DNA of 64,000 nucleotides from Candidatus Limnocylindria bacterium (GTDB taxonomy: Bacteria; Chloroflexota; Limnocylindria; QHBO01). The notes beneath the pieces are model-generated. The model worked only from the letters and a program-made list of their open reading frames with translations, was not told the DNA's origin and made no database searches. Position 1 is the first letter of the stretch, and each line of letters starts with the position of its first letter. The stretch covers positions 3,272-67,271 of the forward strand of contig DASWIE010000030.1 of the NCBI GenBank assembly GCA_036397815.1, in the 5' to 3' direction. Shown here one piece after another: positions 21,796 to 31,184 of the stretch. Made by a program: the position numbers and the translations under genes.

Positions 21796-22383
21796 ATGGC
21801 AAGAATCGACCCGACCAAGCTCAACCTGGAGGAAAAGGTCGTCCAGATCAACCGCGTGGCCAAGGTCGTCAAGGGCGGCCGGCGCTTCAGCTTCAGCGCG
21901 GTGGTGGTGGTCGGCGACCACAACGGCGTCGTGGGTGCCGGACTCGGCAAGTCGAACGAGGTACCCGAGGCGATCCGCAAGGGCGTCGAGGACGCCAAGA
22001 AGCGCCTGATCCGCGTGCCGCTCGTCGGCTCCACCATCCCGCACGAGGTCTCGCACGACTTCGGGGCCAGCACGGTGCTGCTCAAGCCGGCCTCGGCCGG
22101 CACCGGCGTCATCGCCGGCGGCTCGGTCCGATCGGTGGTGGAGGCGGCGGGGATCCGCGACCTGCTGAGCAAGTCGATGGGCAGCACCAACCCGGTGAAC
22201 GTGGTTCGCGCCACGATCGAGGCGCTCACCTCTCTGCGCTCCGCGGACGCGATCGCCGCGCGGCGTGGCAAGACGGCCGAGCAACTGCTCGGCAAGCGCG
22301 GCGCCGAGCTGGCGCGTCGCCCGCACGAGGTGATCGAGCGTCCGGCGCCCGCCTATCCGATGGGAGGCGGCCGTGGCCGCTGA
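21796..22383 (+). CDS. rpsE: 30S ribosomal protein S5 (uS5) with a C-terminal tail of about 30 aa
   Basis: [64 protein letters not shown]....[35 protein letters not shown] at 21796; the track ORF starts at 21499. Confidence 0.93.
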   Translation: MARIDPTKLNLEEKVVQINRVAKVVKGGRRFSFSAVVVVGDHNGVVGAGLGKSNEVPEAIRKGVEDAKKRLIRVPLVGSTIPHEVSHDFGASTVLLKPASAGTGVIAGGSVRSVVEAAGIRDLLSKSMGSTNPVNVVRATIEALTSLRSADAIAARRGKTAEQLLGKRGAELARRPHEVIERPAPAYPMGGGRGR

Positions 22384-22405
22384 GCGGGGCGCTGACGCAG
22401 GACCG

Positions 22406-22600
22406 ATGCTGCGGGTGACCTGGGTCCGCTCCACCATCGGCCACAAGGCCGGGGCCCGAGGCACCATCCGGGCGCTCGGGCTGCATCGGCTCAACCAGAC
22501 GGTGGAGATCGCGGATACGCCGGTCAACCGCGGCATGCTCCGCCGCGTCGCCTTCCTGCTCCACGTGCAGGAGCCGACCAGGGAAGGGGGTACGCAGTGA
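22406..22600 (+). CDS. rpmD: 50S ribosomal protein L30 (uL30)
   Basis: MLRVTWVRSTIGHKAGARGTIRALGLHRLNQTVEIADTPVNRGMLRRVAFLLHVQE. Alternative upstream start at 22373. Confidence 0.85.
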   Translation: MLRVTWVRSTIGHKAGARGTIRALGLHRLNQTVEIADTPVNRGMLRRVAFLLHVQEPTREGGTQ

Positions 22601-23433
22601 AGCTCCACGACCTGCAGCCGTCCTCCGGCTCGCACGAGCCGTCGCGTCGCGTCGGTCGCGGGCACGGTTCTGGCCGCGGCAAGACCGCCGGGCGCGGGAC
22701 GAAGGGCCAGAAGTCGCGAGCCGGGGGCGGGATCCCCGCCTGGTTCGAGGGCGGCCAGACCCCCCTCCACATCCGGACCCCGAAGCTGCACGGCTTCAAG
22801 AACCGATTTCGGGTGGAGTACGCGGGCGTCAACCTCGCTCGGCTGACGGAGGCTGCCGCCGGGACCCTGATCACGCCGGACGTGCTCAAGCACGACGGGC
22901 TGCTGCGCGACCGCAAGACCAGGCAGCTGCCGGTCAAGATCCTGGGCGGCGGCGATGCGCCGAAGGGCGTCACCATTCACGCGCACGCCTTCACCCGTTC
23001 CGCCCTCGCCAAGCTGTCGGCCGCGGGCAGCACGGCGCAGCGCATCAGCTGGCCGGAGGGCAACCCGGTCGACGAGGCCGCCGAGGCCGCTGAGGCCGCG
23101 AGCATCGAGGCCCGCGACTCTGCGAAGGCCGATGCCCGGGCCCGGGGCAAGGCCAAGCGGAAGGCGGCTCGCGGCGGGGCTCCGGCGCCTTCCGGGGCAC
23201 CCGCGAAGGGGTCGGCGGCAACGGCCACGGTCGATACGGCCGATGCGGAGGCCGAGTCCGCCGACATGGAGCCCACGGCAGAGACGGAGCCCGCGGAAGA
23301 GACTGAGCCCACCGCAGCGGCGGAGGCCGCGGAAGAGACTGAGCCCACCGCAGCGGCGGAGGTCGCGGCAGCGGCCGAAACCACCGCTGAGCCCCAGCCC
23401 ACGGCAGACGCCGAGAGCGAGGTCGAGCCCTAG
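22597..23433 (+). CDS. rplO: 50S ribosomal protein L15 (uL15) with a 130-aa acidic low-complexity C-terminal extension
   Basis: The N-terminal 145 aa is canonical L15 (MKLHDLQPSSGSHE..R.GRGHGSGRGKTAGRGTKGQKSRAGGGIPAWFEGGQTPLHIRTPKLHGFKN..). The rest is Ala/Glu/Thr/Pro-rich with tandem repeats. GTGA overlap with rpmD. Confidence 0.92.
   Translation: MKLHDLQPSSGSHEPSRRVGRGHGSGRGKTAGRGTKGQKSRAGGGIPAWFEGGQTPLHIRTPKLHGFKNRFRVEYAGVNLARLTEAAAGTLITPDVLKHDGLLRDRKTRQLPVKILGGGDAPKGVTIHAHAFTRSALAKLSAAGSTAQRISWPEGNPVDEAAEAAEAASIEARDSAKADARARGKAKRKAARGGAPAPSGAPAKGSAATATVDTADAEAESADMEPTAETEPAEETEPTAAAEAAEETEPTAAAEVAAAAETTAEPQPTADAESEVEP
23296..23367 (+). repeat. Two direct copies of a 36-bp repeat (gaagagactgagcccaccgcagcggcggagg[c/t]cgcg) inside the rplO tail, encoding (EETEPTAAAEAA)x2
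   Basis: Tandem copies read directly; a degenerate third unit precedes them (AETEPAE). Confidence 0.8.
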
Positions 23434-24720
23434 GTGATCGACTCGCTCATCACCGCCTTCCGTGCGCCGGACATCCGGCGCAAGATCCTCTTCACGCTCG
23501 GGATCCTGCTGATCTTCCGGGTGCTCACCAACGTTCCCGTCCCGAACGTCGACCAGGAGCGGCTCTCGAACCTGTTCGAGACCAACCAGCTGCTCAGCCT
23601 GCTCGACCTCTTCTCGGGCGGTGGGCTGGCGACCGCCTCGATCATCGGGATGGGGGTGAACCCCTACATCAACGCCAGCATCATCATGCAGCTGATGCAG
23701 GGCGTCATCCCGAGCCTCGGGGAGCTGGCGCGCGAGGGCGAGTACGGGCGCAACAAGCTCAACCAGTACACCCGCCTGCTGACGGTCCCGATGGCCTTCG
23801 CCCAGGGCTACGGCTTCAGCGTCCTGCTGCAGGCCAACGGCGTGATCCCCCAGTCGGACCTGTTCAGCTTCCAGACCGCGTCCCTGCTGATCAGCTTCAC
23901 CGCCGGGACCATCCTGCTGATGTGGCTCGGCGAGCTGATCAGCGAGCGCGGGCTGGGCAACGGCATCAGCTTCATCATCTTCGCCGGCATCGTGGGGCGG
24001 ATCCCGCACCAGGCTGGCCCGATCGTCACCGGACCTGACGGCCTGCTGCGGATCATCCCGTTCGTGATCATCGCCATCGTGGTGATCGCGGGCGTGGTCT
24101 TCATCAACGAGGGCCAGCGCCGGATCCCCGTCCAATACGCCAGCCGCGTGCGCGGCCGGCGCATGTACCAGGGCCAGACCCAGTACCTGCCCCTCAAGGT
24201 GACGATGGCGGGCGTGATCCCGATCATCTTCGCCATCAGCATCCTGCTCTTCCCCGCCCAGATCGCCCAGTATTTCACCGCAAGCGACGTCGAGTGGGTA
24301 CGGAACACCGCGAACTGGATCGCGACCAACCTCGACGGACGCACCAATGTGCCGCTCTACGGATCGATGTACTTCGCGCTGGTCGTCTTCTTCACCTACT
24401 TCTATACGGCCTTCCAGTTCCGGCCCGATCAGACGGCCGACTTCCTGCGCAAGAACGGCGGCTTCATCCCGGGCATCCGGCCCGGCAAACCGACCGAGGA
24501 CTTCCTGTCGCGGGTCACGAACCGCATCACGCTCGGCGGCGCGTTATTCCTGGCCACGCTGGCGGTGCTCCCGCTGATCGTGGCCGCGGCGATCCCCGGC
24601 ACGCAGGGCCTCCAGCTGGGTGGCACCAGCATCCTGATCGTGGTGAGCGTCGTGGTTGAGACGATGAAGCAGCTGGAGGCGCAGATGCTGATGCGCCACT
24701 ACGAGGGCTTCATCCGGTGA
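23434..24720 (+). CDS. secY: Protein translocase subunit SecY
   Basis: 428 aa, 10 TM. IR.KILFTLG.L.IFR....VP.P.VD, GG.......IGMGV.PYI.ASIIMQL, and ISERGLGNGISFIIFAGIV are conserved. Confidence 0.96.
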   Translation: MIDSLITAFRAPDIRRKILFTLGILLIFRVLTNVPVPNVDQERLSNLFETNQLLSLLDLFSGGGLATASIIGMGVNPYINASIIMQLMQGVIPSLGELAREGEYGRNKLNQYTRLLTVPMAFAQGYGFSVLLQANGVIPQSDLFSFQTASLLISFTAGTILLMWLGELISERGLGNGISFIIFAGIVGRIPHQAGPIVTGPDGLLRIIPFVIIAIVVIAGVVFINEGQRRIPVQYASRVRGRRMYQGQTQYLPLKVTMAGVIPIIFAISILLFPAQIAQYFTASDVEWVRNTANWIATNLDGRTNVPLYGSMYFALVVFFTYFYTAFQFRPDQTADFLRKNGGFIPGIRPGKPTEDFLSRVTNRITLGGALFLATLAVLPLIVAAAIPGTQGLQLGGTSILIVVSVVVETMKQLEAQMLMRHYEGFIR

Positions 24721-25403
24721 CCGATGCGGGCCACGGCCCGTCGGCGCCCGATCGGCGGCGCATCCTCCTGCTGGTCGGCGCGGCGGGCGCCGGCAAGGGC
24801 ACCCAGGCCGTGCTGCTGAGCCGCGAGCTTGGGCTCCCGCACCTGGCCTCAGGCGACCTGTTCCGCCAGGCGGTCCACGACGCCACCCCGCTCGGCGAGC
24901 AGGCGCGTGCCTACATGGAGCGCGGCGACCTCGTGCCTGACGAGGTCACGATCGGGATGTTCATGGATCAGCTGGCGCGGCCGAGCGCCGATCGCGGGGC
25001 GATCCTGGACGGCTTCCCACGCACCGTGGCCCAGGCCCGCGCCCTCGACGCCACCCTGGCGGGACAGGGTGAGCGCATCAACCGCGTCTTCTACATCGAG
25101 GTCCCGACCGATGAGCTGGTGGCGCGCCTCGCCGGGCGCTGGGTATGCCCAGCCTGCCGGACGATCTACCACGAGCTCACCGACCCGCCCCGCGTCCCGG
25201 GCATCTGCGACCGGGACGGAACGCCGCTCCAGCAGCGCGACGACGATCGTCCTGAGGTGGTGCGCGCGCGGCTCAGCAAGCAGGTGCCGCCGATGCTCGA
25301 GGTGGTCGACCATTACGACCGGTCGGGTGTCGTGACCCGCATCGGCGGGCGCCAGCCGATCGGGGCCGTGACCCGCGCAATCCTGGACGAGCTGGCCCGA
25401 TGA
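24717..25403 (+). CDS. adk: Adenylate kinase (zinc-lid type)
   Basis: LLVGAAGAGKGTQA..L....G.PH.ASGDLFR, lid CPACRTIYHE...PPRVPGICDRDG, RDDD. GTGA overlap with secY. Confidence 0.93.
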   Translation: MTDAGHGPSAPDRRRILLLVGAAGAGKGTQAVLLSRELGLPHLASGDLFRQAVHDATPLGEQARAYMERGDLVPDEVTIGMFMDQLARPSADRGAILDGFPRTVAQARALDATLAGQGERINRVFYIEVPTDELVARLAGRWVCPACRTIYHELTDPPRVPGICDRDGTPLQQRDDDRPEVVRARLSKQVPPMLEVVDHYDRSGVVTRIGGRQPIGAVTRAILDELAR

Positions 25404-26209
25404 GCAGCCCGTTGCGCGCGTCCCTTGTCACCATCAAGCGGCCGGAGGAGATCGCCCGCATGCGCCACGCCGGCGCGATCCTGGCCGACGTGCTCGACGC
25501 CCTCTACGCGGAGCTGCGTCCCGGGGTCTCGACGGCCGAGCTCGACCGGATCGCGGAAGAGATGATCCGCGGCGCCGGTGCCGTGCCCTCGTTCAAGGGC
25601 TATCGCGGGTCTGGCGGCGCCCCCAACTTCCCGGCGTCGATCTGCGCATCGCTGAACGACGAAGTGGTGCACGGCATCCCTTCACCGAAGCGGTGGATCC
25701 GCGACGGGGACGTGGTGAGCCTCGACGTCGGCTGCATCTGGGACGGATGGCACGCCGACTGCGCCCGCACCTGGCCGGTCGGCGACGTGCCCCGCCGCGT
25801 CCAGCGGCTGATCGACGCCACGCGGCGCGGGATGGAGGCGGGGATCGCGGCCGCTGTGCGCGGCAACCGGATCGGCGACGTGGGAGTGGCCATCGAGGCG
25901 GTGGCCCTCGAGCACGGCTATGGCGTGGTCCGCCCGTTCGTGGGCCACGGCATCGGCCAACAGATGCACGAGGAGCCGCAGGTGCCGAACTACCGACCGA
26001 GCAGCCCCGGGCTGCGGATCGAGACGGGCATGTGCTTCGCCATCGAGCCGATGTTCAACCTGGGCGGCGACGACGTCGTGCTGCTCGACGATGGCTGGAC
26101 GGTGGTGACCGAGGACGGCAGCATCTCGGCCCATTTCGAGAACACGATCGCCGTGACGGACGCTGGGCCGGAGGTGCTCACCGACCGATCAGCAGCCATC
26201 GGGCTATGA
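25400..26209 (+). CDS. map: Methionine aminopeptidase type I
   Basis: IK.PEEIA.MR.AG.I.A.VL......L.PGVST.ELD.IAE..I...GA.PSFKGY.G......ASICAS.NDEVVHGIP......DGD.VSLD.G....G.H.D.A.T..VG, HG.G...HEEP, E.G..FAIEPM. ATGA overlap with adk. Confidence 0.95.
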   Translation: MSSPLRASLVTIKRPEEIARMRHAGAILADVLDALYAELRPGVSTAELDRIAEEMIRGAGAVPSFKGYRGSGGAPNFPASICASLNDEVVHGIPSPKRWIRDGDVVSLDVGCIWDGWHADCARTWPVGDVPRRVQRLIDATRRGMEAGIAAAVRGNRIGDVGVAIEAVALEHGYGVVRPFVGHGIGQQMHEEPQVPNYRPSSPGLRIETGMCFAIEPMFNLGGDDVVLLDDGWTVVTEDGSISAHFENTIAVTDAGPEVLTDRSAAIGL

Positions 26210-26222
26210 CCAGGATCCGCCG

Positions 26223-26252
26223 TTGTGCCGGCTGGCCGGTCTCGTGTATACT
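26223..26252 (+). promoter_or_regulatory. Promoter candidate for infA-rpmJ-rpsM... (TTGTGC-N18-TATACT)
   Basis: The same TATACT -10 hexamer as the rpoB and rpsL candidates, about 85 nt upstream of infA, in a 125-nt spacer. Confidence 0.35.
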
Positions 26253-26334
26253 CTTCATTCTGGTCGCCCGGGCGGCGGCCTTTCCGTGTGTTCCCAACCA
26301 ATCAATCAGACAGCAGTTCGAGGGTGCGTAGCGC

Positions 26335-26553
26335 TTGGCGAAAAAGGATGCAATCGAGGTTGAGGGAGAGGTAGTCCTCCCCCTGCCGAACGCGATGTTC
26401 AAGGTGCGGCTCGAGAACGGGCACGAGGTGCTCGCCCACATCTCCGGCAAGCTGCGCCAGAACTTCATCCGCATCCTGCCCGGCGACACCGTCCGCGTCG
26501 AGCTGAGTCCCTACGACCTCACCCGGGGTCGCATCACGTACAGGATGAGATGA
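26335..26553 (+). CDS. infA: Translation initiation factor IF-1
   Basis: [73 protein letters not shown] start, with GAGGGTG upstream. Confidence 0.95.
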   Translation: MAKKDAIEVEGEVVLPLPNAMFKVRLENGHEVLAHISGKLRQNFIRILPGDTVRVELSPYDLTRGRITYRMR

Positions 26554-26663
26554 AGGTTTCTGCGTCCGTAAAGCCGCGCTGTGAGCGCTGCAAGGTGATC
26601 AAGCGCTCCGGCGTGGTGATGGTCATCTGCGTCATCCCCAAGCACAAGCAGCGGCAGGGGTAG
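26550..26663 (+). CDS. rpmJ: 50S ribosomal protein L36 (bL36); below the 60-aa cutoff of the ORF track
   Basis: Found by eye: [37 protein letters not shown], with the C-x2-C...C...H zinc motif. ATGA overlap with the infA stop. Coordinates were inferred from the flanking track ORFs. Confidence 0.8.
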   Translation: MKVSASVKPRCERCKVIKRSGVVMVICVIPKHKQRQG

Positions 26664-26670
26664 CGCGAGC

Positions 26671-27042
26671 GTGGCACGAATCTCCGGCGTCGACATCCCC
26701 CGCGAGAAGCGGGTGATCGTGTCGCTGACGTATATCCACGGCATCGGCCCCACCTCGGCGAATCAGATCCTGAAAGCCGCCAACGTCTCCGAGGACACGC
26801 GGGTCCGCGACCTGACCGAGGACGAGGTCAACCGCATTCGAGAGCTGATCGACAAGCGCTTCAAGGTCGAGGGCGACTTGCGCCGCGAGGTCAGCATGAA
26901 CATCAAGCGCTTGATGGAGATCGGCTCCTACCGGGGCATCCGTCATCGACGCAACCTACCGGTGCGCGGGCAGCGCACCAAGACGAACGCGCGCCAGCGC
27001 CGCGGCTCGCGCAAGACGGTCGGCGTCCGACGCAAGAAGTAA
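26671..27042 (+). CDS. rpsM: 30S ribosomal protein S13 (uS13)
   Basis: [24 protein letters not shown]...A..IL..A........V.DLT..E.....E.I......VEGDLRRE...[30 protein letters not shown] start. Confidence 0.96.
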   Translation: MARISGVDIPREKRVIVSLTYIHGIGPTSANQILKAANVSEDTRVRDLTEDEVNRIRELIDKRFKVEGDLRREVSMNIKRLMEIGSYRGIRHRRNLPVRGQRTKTNARQRRGSRKTVGVRRKK

Positions 27043-27080
27043 CCAGATCCACCCTCACCCGCGAGTGACACAGGAGTTCC

Positions 27081-27476
27081 ATGGCTGAGCGGAAGCGCGC
27101 CGCGCGCACCAAGAAGCGAGAGAAGAAGAACGTCCCGGTGGGACACGCCCACATCCAGTCCACGTTCAACAACACGATCGTGACGATCACCGACACGACC
27201 GGAAACGTGGTCAGCTGGGGCAGCGCCGGGCTGGTCGGCTTCAAGGGCTCGCGCAAGAGCACGCCATACGCCGCCGCGCAGACCGCCGATTCGGCCGCGC
27301 GCCGCGCCATGGAGCACGGGATGCGCCAGATCGAGGTCTTCGTCAAGGGCCCCGGTGCCGGGCGCGAGCAGGCGATCCGCTCCCTCCAGGCCGCCGGCCT
27401 GGAGGTGACCGCCATCACCGACGTGACCCCCATCCCGCACAACGGATGCCGCCCGCCGAAGCGGCGACGGGTCTAG
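27081..27476 (+). CDS. rpsK: 30S ribosomal protein S11 (uS11)
   Basis: [35 protein letters not shown]...A.......MEHGM...[37 protein letters not shown]. Confidence 0.96.
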   Translation: MAERKRAARTKKREKKNVPVGHAHIQSTFNNTIVTITDTTGNVVSWGSAGLVGFKGSRKSTPYAAAQTADSAARRAMEHGMRQIEVFVKGPGAGREQAIRSLQAAGLEVTAITDVTPIPHNGCRPPKRRRV

Positions 27477-27488
27477 GGAGCGATCGAG

Positions 27489-28115
27489 ATGGCCCGATAC
27501 ACCGATCCGGTCTGCCGCATCTGCCGCCGCGAGGGGCTGAAGCTGTTCCTCAAGGGGAGCCGCTGCTACACCAAGAAGTGCTCCTTCGAGCGGCGCAGCA
27601 CGCCGCCCGGCATGAACACCCAGCGCCGCCGCAAGGTGAGCGAGTTCGGCATCCAGCTCCGCGAGAAGCAGAAGGTCCGCAAGAGCTACTCGGTACTCGA
27701 GAAGCAATTCCGCAACTACTTCGAGAAGGCCGAGCAGCGCAAGGGCATGACCGGCGAGAACCTGCTGCGCATGCTCGAGATGCGGCTGGACAACGTCGTC
27801 TTCCGGATGGGCCTGGCCACCTCACGCGCTCAGGCGCGCCAGCTGGTGGGCCACGGCCACTTCGCCGTCAACGGCAAGCCGACCAACATCCCCAGCTTCG
27901 CGACCAAGGTCGGCGACCGGATCGAGGTCCGGGAGAGCCGCCGCGGCCGCGAGATCTTCAAGGCCGTCACCGAGACGATCAAGTCCGCGCAGATCCCCGA
28001 GTGGGTGAGCGTCGACGGGGGCAAGCTCGCCGGGTCCATCCTGGCCGAGCCCGTCCGCGAGCAGATGCCACCCGAGTTCAACGAGCAGCTGGTCGTCGAG
28101 TACTACTCGCGATAG
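27489..28115 (+). CDS. rpsD: 30S ribosomal protein S4 (uS4)
   Basis: MARYT.PVCR.CRREG.KLFLKG.RC.T.KC...RR...PG......RK.SE.G.QLREKQK..., S4 domain RQLV.HGHF.VNGK...IPSF. Confidence 0.96.
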   Translation: MARYTDPVCRICRREGLKLFLKGSRCYTKKCSFERRSTPPGMNTQRRRKVSEFGIQLREKQKVRKSYSVLEKQFRNYFEKAEQRKGMTGENLLRMLEMRLDNVVFRMGLATSRAQARQLVGHGHFAVNGKPTNIPSFATKVGDRIEVRESRRGREIFKAVTETIKSAQIPEWVSVDGGKLAGSILAEPVREQMPPEFNEQLVVEYYSR

Positions 28116-28137
28116 CAGCAGGAGTAAGCATCCCTTC

Positions 28138-29160
28138 ATGATCGAACTAGAGACAACCACGCCGGCGCCTCGCATCGAGGAGGTCGAGTCGAACGGCAAC
28201 CTCTCCGTCTTCGAGGTCAATCCGCTCGCCGACGGATACGGCGTCACGCTGGGCAACGCGCTGCGCCGCGTGCTGCTCAACTCCCTCGAGGGGGCGGCCG
28301 TCACCTCGATCCAGATCGCCAATGTCTTCCACGAGTTCAGCACGCTGCCGAACGTGAAGGAGGACGTGACCCAGATCGTCCTGAACATCAAGAAGATGCG
28401 GCTGCGCTCGTTCGCCCGCCACGCTGTCACGCTCAAGCTGGTGAAGCACGGCGCCGGGCCGGTGACCGCCGGCGACATCGCCGAGTCGGCGGACGTCGAG
28501 ATCGTCAACTCCGAGCTGGTGCTGCTCACCCTGGATAGCGACGCCGGCTCGATCGAGATGGACCTGACCGTCGAGACGGGGGTTGGCTACCGCCCCGCCG
28601 AGCACACCGAGGACATGCCGATCGGGATCATCCCGGTCGACGCCATCTTCTCGCCGGTGCGCCGGGTCAACTTCGTGGTCAGTGACACGCGCGTCGGCCA
28701 GATGACTAACTTCGATCGCCTGACGCTCGACATCGAGACCGATGGCACCAGCACGCCGAAGGCGGCGCTGTCGGCGGCCGCCGACATCCTGGTGCGCGAG
28801 TTCAGCCGCTTCGCCGAGATCGGCCGCCGGCCTGCCGGCGGCGAGGAGGAGGCGCCGGCCCCGGTCGCCGCCAACCTGCTCGACGCCCCGATCGAGGAGC
28901 TGGACCTCCCGATGCGGGCCTACAACAGCCTGAAGCGGAACAACATCACCAAGGTCGGCCAGGTGCTCGCCCTCTCCGACGACGAGTTCCTGCGGATGCG
29001 CAACTTCGGCAAGAAGAGCCTGGACGAGCTGAAGGAACGCCTCGCCCTGCGTGGCTTCATCAGCCCAGAGTCGGCCGCATCGGATGCCGACGAGTCGGAC
29101 CTCCCCGCCTCGGCGGAGCTCGACGAGGCCGTCGCCGCCGAGCTCGACCGGGAGAGCTGA
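28138..29160 (+). CDS. rpoA: DNA-directed RNA polymerase subunit alpha
   Basis: 340 aa. The NTD (GYG.TLGNALRRVLL.S..GAAVTSI.I..V.HEFST...V.EDV..I.LN.K) and the CTD with LDLPMRAYNSLKRNNITKVGQVL..SDDEFLRMRNFGKKSLDELKE.L are conserved. Confidence 0.96.
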   Translation: MIELETTTPAPRIEEVESNGNLSVFEVNPLADGYGVTLGNALRRVLLNSLEGAAVTSIQIANVFHEFSTLPNVKEDVTQIVLNIKKMRLRSFARHAVTLKLVKHGAGPVTAGDIAESADVEIVNSELVLLTLDSDAGSIEMDLTVETGVGYRPAEHTEDMPIGIIPVDAIFSPVRRVNFVVSDTRVGQMTNFDRLTLDIETDGTSTPKAALSAAADILVREFSRFAEIGRRPAGGEEEAPAPVAANLLDAPIEELDLPMRAYNSLKRNNITKVGQVLALSDDEFLRMRNFGKKSLDELKERLALRGFISPESAASDADESDLPASAELDEAVAAELDRES

Positions 29161-29166
29161 GCCGAC

Positions 29167-29520
29167 ATGCCTCATCGGGTCACCGGCCGGAAGCTCGGCC
29201 GCTCCACCAGCCATCGCCTGCACATGCTGGCGAACCTGGCCGTGGCCGTGATCCGCTATGAGCGGGTCAAGACCACCGAGGCAAAGGCCAAGGAGGTCCG
29301 CGGCCTGGTGGACGGCATGATCACCATCGCCAAGCGAGGCGACCTGGCGGCGCGCCGATCGCTCGTCGCCGACATGCCGCACGAGCCGCTCATCGTCGAC
29401 AAGCTGATGGGCGAGCTGGCGACCAAATACGCCGACCGCAGCTCGGGGTTCACCCGGATCGTGAAGATCGGGGAGCGCCTTGGCGATGCGGCACCGATCG
29501 TCCAGATCGAGCTCGTCTGA
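29167..29520 (+). CDS. rplQ: 50S ribosomal protein L17 (bL17)
   Basis: MPHR.TGRKLGR...HR..ML.NLA.....YERV.TT.AKAKE.R......IT.AK.GDL.ARR.....M.......KL...LA..YADR.SG.TRI.K.G.R.GD.AP. Confidence 0.95.
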   Translation: MPHRVTGRKLGRSTSHRLHMLANLAVAVIRYERVKTTEAKAKEVRGLVDGMITIAKRGDLAARRSLVADMPHEPLIVDKLMGELATKYADRSSGFTRIVKIGERLGDAAPIVQIELV

Positions 29521-29560
29521 CACGACGCGGTCGATTGGGCGGACAACTACAGACGGATCG

Positions 29561-30346
29561 ATGGCTCCCGCGGTGCGACGGTGTGCCCGGGCGGTGATCG
29601 AGTACGACGGGACCGCCTTCGCGGGCTCCCAGTACCAGCCGAACGCTCGGACGGTGCAGGGGGAGCTGGAGGCGGCGCTTAACAGACTGACCGGCGAGAA
29701 GGTGCGAATCCGACTCGCCGGGCGAACCGATGCCGGTGTGCACGCCACCGGCCAGGTCGCGGCCTTCTGCCTCGCGCGCCGCAGGCGCGGCGCCGGGTTC
29801 GGGTGGCCTGAGCTGCAGCGACGGCTGAACGCCGTCCTGCCGCCGGACCTGGCGGTGCGGTCGCTCCGTCCGGTCCAACCCGGGTTCGACCCGCGGCGCG
29901 ACGCGTCATGGCGCGTCTACCGCTATCGGATCCGGATGCTGGGTGACCGGCGGCCGACCGATCGGCATCGGACGCTCGAGATAGGCGACCGGCTCGACAT
30001 CGTGGCCATGCGTGCCGCGGCGGGGGAGCTCACCGGACAGCGTGACTTCGCTGCGCTGGGGAGCGACCCAGTGGGCCGGACCGTGCGACACGTGTCGCAG
30101 GTGCTCGTCGTCCGGCGCGGGACCTCGGTCGAGGTGCGCGTCACGGCGAACGCGTTCCTGCGGCGGATGGTGCGCAGCATCGTGGCCCTCCTCCTGGAGG
30201 TGGGACGCGGACGGCTGGCGCCGGAAGCGATCGCCGGGTTGCTGGCGTCGGGATCGCGGGCCCTTGATGGGCGGGCGGTTCCGGCATCGGGCCTTACACT
30301 CGAGCGAGTCATCTACGAGAAGAAGACAAGAGAACGAAGAACGTGA
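29561..30346 (+). CDS. truA: tRNA pseudouridine(38-40) synthase
   Basis: [27 protein letters not shown]....[14 protein letters not shown], ..RDF.A.. ATG at 29561; the track ORF starts at 29480. Confidence 0.9.
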   Translation: MAPAVRRCARAVIEYDGTAFAGSQYQPNARTVQGELEAALNRLTGEKVRIRLAGRTDAGVHATGQVAAFCLARRRRGAGFGWPELQRRLNAVLPPDLAVRSLRPVQPGFDPRRDASWRVYRYRIRMLGDRRPTDRHRTLEIGDRLDIVAMRAAAGELTGQRDFAALGSDPVGRTVRHVSQVLVVRRGTSVEVRVTANAFLRRMVRSIVALLLEVGRGRLAPEAIAGLLASGSRALDGRAVPASGLTLERVIYEKKTRERRT

Positions 30347-30771
30347 AGACCTTCGCAGTCAAGGCGAGCGATATCGAGCGGCAGTGGTTGGTGGTCGATG
30401 CCACCGGCCAGACGCTGGGCCGGCTCGCCACGCGCATCGCCACCCTGCTCGAGGGCAAGCACAAGGTGACCTACTCGCCGCACCTGGACACCGGCGATCA
30501 CGTCGTGGTGATCAACGCGGCCAGGATCAAGGTCACCGGCAACAAGCTGATCCAGAAGCGCTACTACCGGCACTCCGGTTACCCCGGCGGCCTCAAGGAG
30601 GAGAGCCTCCAGACGCTCCTGGCCCGGAAGCCGGAGTTGGTCGTCGAGCGGGCCGTGAAGGGCATGCTGCCCCAGAACCGGCTCGGCCGGGCGATGTTCA
30701 AGAAGCTGAAGGTGTATGGCGGGGCGGAGCACCCGCACCAGGCCCAGCAGCCGACCGCTGCCGAGCTGTGA
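30343..30771 (+). CDS. rplM: 50S ribosomal protein L13 (uL13)
   Basis: [52 protein letters not shown]...[12 protein letters not shown]. Confidence 0.95.
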   Translation: MKTFAVKASDIERQWLVVDATGQTLGRLATRIATLLEGKHKVTYSPHLDTGDHVVVINAARIKVTGNKLIQKRYYRHSGYPGGLKEESLQTLLARKPELVVERAVKGMLPQNRLGRAMFKKLKVYGGAEHPHQAQQPTAAEL

Positions 30772-30787
30772 GAGGACGCAGGACGAC

Positions 30788-31180
30788 TTGAGTACCACCT
30801 ATATCTACGGCACCGGTCGCCGCAAGACATCGGTCGCCCGGGTCCGGCTGCTGCCGGGCGACGGGCAGATCGTCGTGAACGGCAAGGACGTGGCCGACTA
30901 CTTCGGTGGCACGGGCGGCGCCACCGCCCTGCGGCTGCCGTTCCGCGTGACGGAGACCGAGGGGCGGTACTCCGCAACGGTGCTGGTGGCCGGCGGCGGC
31001 TTCTCGGGCCAGGCCGGCGCGATCCGCCACGGAATCGCCCGTGCCCTGGTCAGCGCCCATCCGGACGCTCGGGGGGCCCTGCGCGACGCGGGCCTGCTGA
31101 CGCGCGACCCGCGCGCCAAGGAGCGCAAGAAGTACGGGCTGAAGCGAGCTCGCAAGGCGCCCCAGTACACAAAGCGCTAG
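30788..31180 (+). CDS. rpsI: 30S ribosomal protein S9 (uS9)
   Basis: [22 protein letters not shown]............, C-terminal [31 protein letters not shown] start at 30788 (track ORF from 30716), with AGGACG RBS-like upstream. Confidence 0.9.
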   Translation: MSTTYIYGTGRRKTSVARVRLLPGDGQIVVNGKDVADYFGGTGGATALRLPFRVTETEGRYSATVLVAGGGFSGQAGAIRHGIARALVSAHPDARGALRDAGLLTRDPRAKERKKYGLKRARKAPQYTKR

Positions 31181-31184
31181 ACCG

